Positions 59,571-64,000 of a stretch of 64,000 nt of DNA are shown piece after piece. Origin of the DNA: Bacteroidota bacterium (GTDB taxonomy: Bacteria > Bacteroidota > Bacteroidia > UKL13-3); the NCBI GenBank assembly GCA_947460345.1, contig CANHGM010000002.1:113504-177503 (forward strand). The letters run 5' to 3'. Made by a program: the position numbers and the translations under genes. The notes under the pieces were generated by a model. That model saw only the letters and a program-made list of their open reading frames with translations. It was not told the origin of the DNA and made no database searches. The stretch's first letter is position 1. Each line of letters begins with the position of its first letter.

Positions 59571-60851
59571 ATGTATCACAATAAAATGGTAACAGCAGAA
59601 GAAGCTGTAAAATTAGTTAAGTCACACCACAGTATATTTATACATAGTGCCGCAGCTGCTCCGCTGTCTCTCATACAAGCCTTGGTAGACAGAGCAGATG
59701 AACTAGAGAAAGTGAAGATTAATCATATACATGTTGAAGGAGAGATAGGTTATTTTGATCCTAAATATAGCGAAAATTTCAGGGTGAACAATTTGTTTAC
59801 GGGCCCTAATGCAAGGCAAGCAGTAGCTGAAGGTAGAGCAGATTATGTACCTGTTTTTTTAAGTGAAGTTCCTTTGCTTTTTAAAAGAGGTATTTTGCCT
59901 ATTGATGTTGCTTTTCTTCAGCTTTCTATGCCTGATAAGCATGGATATTGTAGCTTTGGAACTTCAGTTGACGTAAGCATTTCAGCTTCTAAAGTAGCAA
60001 AAGTAATTATTGCTGAAATAAACCATCAAATGCCACGAACTTTTGGTGATGGAATTATACATATAAGTCAGGTTGATAAAATTGTAGAAGTAAACAGGCC
60101 ATTACCAGTTCACCCTATAGTTATTCCAAATGAAGTAGAAACTATCATTGGTAAATATATAGCTGAGTTGGTTGATGACCGAGCAACAATACAAATGGGC
60201 ATAGGTGTAATACCTGATGCTGCATTGGCCTCTCTCATCCATCACAAAGGACTTGGTGTTCATTCTGAAATGTTTTCGGATATGCTAATGCCATTAATTG
60301 AGTCTGGAGTAGTTACAAATGAATTTAAAAAGAAACACAGAGGTAGTGTTGTTTCAAGTTTTGTTGTGGGTTCTAAAAAATTGTTTGATTTTATAGATGA
60401 TAATCCGATTATAAGAATGTTGGATATGGAATATGTAAACAATGCCAACGTGATTAGACAAAATCCCAAAGTAACCGCCATCAATAGCGCTATAGAAGTG
60501 GATATCACTGGTCAAGTTTGCTCAGATTCTATTGGTTCAAAAATATATTCAGGGGTTGGTGGCCAAATGGATTTTATTAGAGGGGCATCACTTTCAGAAG
60601 GTGGCAAACCCATTATAGCTTTACCTTCTACTACATCAAATGGTATTAGCAGAATTGTGAGTTTTTTAAAACAAGGTGCAGGTGTGGTTACTACTAGGGC
60701 TCATGTTCATTTCGTGGTCACAGAATATGGGATAGCAAACTTATATGGCCAAAACCTTAGAACTAGGGCTACAGAAATGATAAAGATTGCACACCCCATG
60801 CATAGAGAACAATTAGAAAAAGAAGCATATACTTTTTTAAAACATATATAA
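59571..60851 (+). CDS. Acetyl-CoA hydrolase/transferase family protein (4-hydroxybutyrate/succinyl-CoA:acetate CoA-transferase-like)
   Basis: 426 aa with conserved family blocks (GVHSEMFSD, SGVGGQMDFIRGA). Confidence 0.8.
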   Translation: MYHNKMVTAEEAVKLVKSHHSIFIHSAAAAPLSLIQALVDRADELEKVKINHIHVEGEIGYFDPKYSENFRVNNLFTGPNARQAVAEGRADYVPVFLSEVPLLFKRGILPIDVAFLQLSMPDKHGYCSFGTSVDVSISASKVAKVIIAEINHQMPRTFGDGIIHISQVDKIVEVNRPLPVHPIVIPNEVETIIGKYIAELVDDRATIQMGIGVIPDAALASLIHHKGLGVHSEMFSDMLMPLIESGVVTNEFKKKHRGSVVSSFVVGSKKLFDFIDDNPIIRMLDMEYVNNANVIRQNPKVTAINSAIEVDITGQVCSDSIGSKIYSGVGGQMDFIRGASLSEGGKPIIALPSTTSNGISRIVSFLKQGAGVVTTRAHVHFVVTEYGIANLYGQNLRTRATEMIKIAHPMHREQLEKEAYTFLKHI

Positions 60852-60854
60852 ATA

Positions 60855-60887
60855 AAAAGAGCTGACAATTAATTGCCAGCTCTTTTT
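60855..60887. terminator. Bidirectional terminator hairpin between convergent genes
   Basis: Near-perfect palindrome aaaaagagctgacaatt/aattgccagctcttttt, flanked by A-runs and T-runs. Confidence 0.5.
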
Positions 60888-60899
60888 AAGTTAGATTGA

Positions 60900-63251
60900 T
60901 TAGTTTTTCTGTATGATGATTTTCTTAGTTATGATATCTTGTGAAGTTTGAATTCTAATGAAATAAACGCCTTCAGGATATTTGCTCAAATCAATAGACT
61001 GCTTACCTTGATTCAATTTGCCAGTTAACACTTGTTGACCAGAAATATTAACTATATAATAATTGCTGTTTTCTATAGCCCAATCAATGGTTACTGATTC
61101 GTTTGCTGGGTTTGGATATATGTCTATATTGCTTTCGTTTATGCTGTTATTAATACCATTAAAGCAGTTAATAGTTTTTGTAAAGCAATATATTGTATCA
61201 CACAACTTACAAGTATCAGTTACTTTAACACATATATCATATGTTCCATTTTGAGTAATAGGGTAGTATATAGCCATTCCTTTACCTGCAAAGTTGTTGT
61301 TTACTTTCCATTCATATCTTAAGCAACTTGAACCTGAATTAAATGATATATATGCATTCACTGTTTTCTTAGTGGCATTACATGAATCCCAAACCATATT
61401 ATTCATTTGTCTATTACTCCAATTGCATCCGTTGCTACCACCTGAAAAACAAGTAATAGTTTTAGTACTACAAAAAACAGTATCACAGTTATTACAAGTA
61501 TCTGTTACTTTCACACAAATATTATAGCTGCCATTTTGTGTGATAGGATAATATATATATTGAGTTCCATTTCCAACTTTAATACCATTAATTGTAAATT
61601 GATATTTGTAACATTTAGCATTAGGTGAGTTGAAAGATACATAACCGTTTAATGTTTTTGAAGTATTGGTGCATGAGTCCCAGAATTTAGTATTAGGATA
61701 TCTGCTACTCCAGTTACAAGTATTGTTGTTTGAGATGCATGTTATAACTCTTTGACTACAGAATATAGTATCACAATTATTACATGTATCTGTTACTTTC
61801 ACACACACGCTGTAAGTGTCGTTTTTAGTAATATTATATTTGAATAAATTAGAGTTGATATTGGTAGGTACACCGTTTACTGTCCATTTATATATCAAAC
61901 AACTGGTATTAGAATTAAAAACTATATATGCATTTAGTGAATTTACTCCCACTTTACATGAATCCCAGAAAGTACTCCCAGGTCTTTTACTTTGCCAATT
62001 ACATGGAGTGCTATTAGAGAAACAACTAACAGTTCTTGTACTACAAAAAACTGTATCACAATTGTTGCAAGTGTCTGTTACTTTCACACATAAATTGTAA
62101 CTTCCATTTTGTGTTACAGGGTAATATATATTGTTTTTGTTGCTGCCAACATTGTTCCCATTTACAGTCCATTCATATCTGAAACAACTAGTTCCATAAT
62201 TGAATGGAATATAACCATTGATGGTTTTGGATGTTGTTGTACAAGAATCCCAAAATTTAGGAGTTGGGTATCTTGATTTCCAATTACAAGGGGTGTTATT
62301 AGAGAAACATGTAACAGATCTAGAACTACAAAATACTGTATCGCAATTATTACAAGTATCAATAACTTTTACACATAAGTTGTAATTTCCATTTTGTGTT
62401 ACAGGATAATTTATATATTGAGAATTATTTCCTACTTTAACACCATTCACAGCCCATTGATATATACAACAGCTTGCAAATGAAGCGTCAATTGTTATAA
62501 TGCCATTGATCGATTTTGAGGTATTTGTACATGAATCCCAAAAGCTTGCACTTGTTTTTCTACTTTTCCAATTACAAGTATTCCCGTTTGAAAAACATGT
62601 AACAGATCTAGAACTACAAAAAACTGTATCACAATTGTTGCAAGTGTCTGTTACTTTCACACATAAATTGTAACTTCCATTTTGTGTTACAGGGTAATAT
62701 ATATTGTTTTTGTTGCTGCCAACATTGTTTCCATTTACAGTCCATTGGTATTTGAAACAGCTAGTTCCATAATTGAATGGAATATAACCATTGATGGTTT
62801 TGGATGTTGTTGTACAAGAATCCCAAAATTTAGGAGTTGGGTATCTTGATTTCCAAATACATCCACTATTGCCACTTGAAATGCAAGTAATAATTCTTTG
62901 ACTACAGAAAATAGTATCACAATTGTTACAAGTGTCAATCACTTTTACACACACAATATATGTATCATTTTTGGTTATATTGTATTTGAAGATGTTTGAA
63001 GTATTGCTAGTAATAACTCCATTTACTGTCCATTTATATTTAAAACAGCTAGTACTTGTTTTAAAAGCTATATATGCGTTTAAAGAATTTGCTCCTACTT
63101 TACAAGAGTCCCAAAAGTTTGTTCCAATGCCTCGGCTTTTCCAATTGCATTGGGCTTCAGCAGGATTGTAGCTGGCAAAAGCTAACATTCCTAACAGTAG
63201 TAATAGTAAACATTTTTTCATTTTCGTATTTAGTTGATTGATCAATAACAA
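60900..63251 (-). CDS. T9SS type A C-terminal-domain cargo protein composed of seven tandem approximately 95-aa Cys-rich (PKD-like) repeats
   Basis: 783 aa with a signal peptide, then 7 repeats each containing CNW.SR...FWDSC...C.Y.W.VNG...Y.(P)(V)TQNG.Y.(L)CVKVTDTCNNCDT(V)FCS..., then a Por-secretion tail (IDIYPNPANESVTIDW...GVYFIRIQT). Confidence 0.7.
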   Translation of the reverse strand: MLLINQLNTKMKKCLLLLLLGMLAFASYNPAEAQCNWKSRGIGTNFWDSCKVGANSLNAYIAFKTSTSCFKYKWTVNGVITSNTSNIFKYNITKNDTYIVCVKVIDTCNNCDTIFCSQRIITCISSGNSGCIWKSRYPTPKFWDSCTTTSKTINGYIPFNYGTSCFKYQWTVNGNNVGSNKNNIYYPVTQNGSYNLCVKVTDTCNNCDTVFCSSRSVTCFSNGNTCNWKSRKTSASFWDSCTNTSKSINGIITIDASFASCCIYQWAVNGVKVGNNSQYINYPVTQNGNYNLCVKVIDTCNNCDTVFCSSRSVTCFSNNTPCNWKSRYPTPKFWDSCTTTSKTINGYIPFNYGTSCFRYEWTVNGNNVGSNKNNIYYPVTQNGSYNLCVKVTDTCNNCDTVFCSTRTVSCFSNSTPCNWQSKRPGSTFWDSCKVGVNSLNAYIVFNSNTSCLIYKWTVNGVPTNINSNLFKYNITKNDTYSVCVKVTDTCNNCDTIFCSQRVITCISNNNTCNWSSRYPNTKFWDSCTNTSKTLNGYVSFNSPNAKCYKYQFTINGIKVGNGTQYIYYPITQNGSYNICVKVTDTCNNCDTVFCSTKTITCFSGGSNGCNWSNRQMNNMVWDSCNATKKTVNAYISFNSGSSCLRYEWKVNNNFAGKGMAIYYPITQNGTYDICVKVTDTCKLCDTIYCFTKTINCFNGINNSINESNIDIYPNPANESVTIDWAIENSNYYIVNISGQQVLTGKLNQGKQSIDLSKYPEGVYFIRIQTSQDIITKKIIIQKN
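61130..63150. repeat. Intragenic tandem repeat array, period about 285-288 bp x 7, copies up to about 95% identical
   Basis: Near-identical shadow ORFs at 62162..62362 and 62735..62938 on the minus strand, and repeated QLLQVSVTFT-containing ORFs on the plus strand, show the DNA-level periodicity. Protein repeats 2 and 4 are nearly identical. Confidence 0.7.
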
Positions 63252-63360
63252 GACACAATAATAAGTTGAAGGTTGATAAAAATAATCAATAAAACTTTTA
63301 AAATGATTGAATTACAAATAAAACCTCATTAAAACAAGGCATTAGCGAATGGTAAAATTT

Positions 63361-64000
63361 TTATCTAATTAAAGTTGCAGTTCCAATAGTTGTAAAAGTT
63401 CCATTGGGCATTTTTTTGCCAGGCCAAATACTCCCGTCTATAAAAGTAGCATCAATTTTCCAAACATATACATCTTGTTTGCATGGATGCCCTTTCCAAG
63501 TTCCATCCCATCCATATTTGGGTCTGGTGTTTTCAAGTTCAGTGCTTTCCCATATGAGTTCACCCCATGTGGTAAATATTCTTATATGATAGGTCATCAA
63601 CCCAATACCTTTTGGTAAAAACAACCTAGAATCTCCCGTATTATCTTCAGGGGTAAAAGCATTAGGGACAAACAGACCTTTCATCAAATCTATGTGTAAA
63701 GGATGTTCTATAGTATCTGTACAATTTTTATCGCTAAATGCAAAAAGTTTTACAAAATAATCACCATGAAGATCATATCTATGCATAGGGTTGGTATCTG
63801 TGCTTAATTTTCCATCATCAAAATTCCAAAGGTATCTATCACTATAACTACTTACATTAGCAAATTGCACCATACCAGCATTTACTGTGCCTACAAAATT
63901 CCAATTAAATTCAGCTATAGGTTTTTGCCAAACATCAATATTTATTGTTTGAATGGTATCTCTACAGTTGCCATTTTCAATGGCTAATGTCACTTGATGT
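63361..64000 (-). CDS. T9SS type B (gliding-motility-associated) C-terminal sorting-domain protein, 3' portion (5' end lies outside the window)
   Basis: The C-terminal roughly 100 aa match the type B CTD consensus (FVPNAFTPEDNTGDSRLF...YHIRIFTTWGELIW). The preceding region is PKD/Ig-like. The ORF runs off the window edge. Confidence 0.6.
   Translation of the reverse strand, partial: HQVTLAIENGNCRDTIQTINIDVWQKPIAEFNWNFVGTVNAGMVQFANVSSYSDRYLWNFDDGKLSTDTNPMHRYDLHGDYFVKLFAFSDKNCTDTIEHPLHIDLMKGLFVPNAFTPEDNTGDSRLFLPKGIGLMTYHIRIFTTWGELIWESTELENTRPKYGWDGTWKGHPCKQDVYVWKIDATFIDGSIWPGKKMPNGTFTTIGTATLIR

Noticed and set aside
60900-63251. Regularly spaced repeats, considered as a possible CRISPR array
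   Set aside because: The repeats are about 285 bp long and lie entirely inside one continuous ORF, so they encode protein domains. There are no short spacer-separated direct repeats and no cas genes.

Overview
This is a low-GC Bacteroidota chromosomal window (about 33% GC by eye). Its synteny looks Flavobacteriia-like: ruvA sits directly upstream of a 2423-aa gliding/T9SS sprA, Rho carries a long N-terminal insertion, and there are several T9SS C-terminal-domain cargo proteins. It is mostly housekeeping genes, listed here in order. The gcvH 3' end is followed by the F0F1 ATP synthase operon atpB-E-F-H-A-G, then a bifunctional murF-alr. After that come a thiolase, ruvA-sprA, an OmpR-type response regulator, rho, and two ECF sigma factor modules. 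Next are lysA, panD and an LPS/glycosyltransferase cluster, followed by lysS, a photolyase and a di-haem cytochrome c peroxidase cluster. The window ends with ald, secDF, a YigZ gene, an MBOAT gene, dnaK, a CoA-transferase and two T9SS cargo genes. The stand-out feature is a tightly coupled four-gene operon at 10364..15585. It encodes an 880-aa SMC/Rad50-like ABC ATPase with a long coiled coil, a 279-aa protein with a Toprim-like E...DxD core resembling the JetD/MksG C-terminal domain, a 396-aa protein, and a 186-aa protein resembling JetB (DUF4194). This looks like a miniaturised Wadjet/MksBEFG-type condensin-like anti-plasmid system with a non-canonical C-D-A-B gene order. It sits beside a degraded fragment of the neighbouring gene, which is a typical insertion scar. 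Other points of interest are a T9SS cargo gene built from seven near-identical 95-aa Cys-rich repeats, a Q/N-rich Rho insertion, a TPR protein with a HisKA-like H-box but no ATPase domain, and an MbnP/MbnH-like copper-peroxidase cluster with a poly-Asn trinucleotide repeat and an upstream palindrome. No rRNA, tRNA, CRISPR array or transposase is evident.
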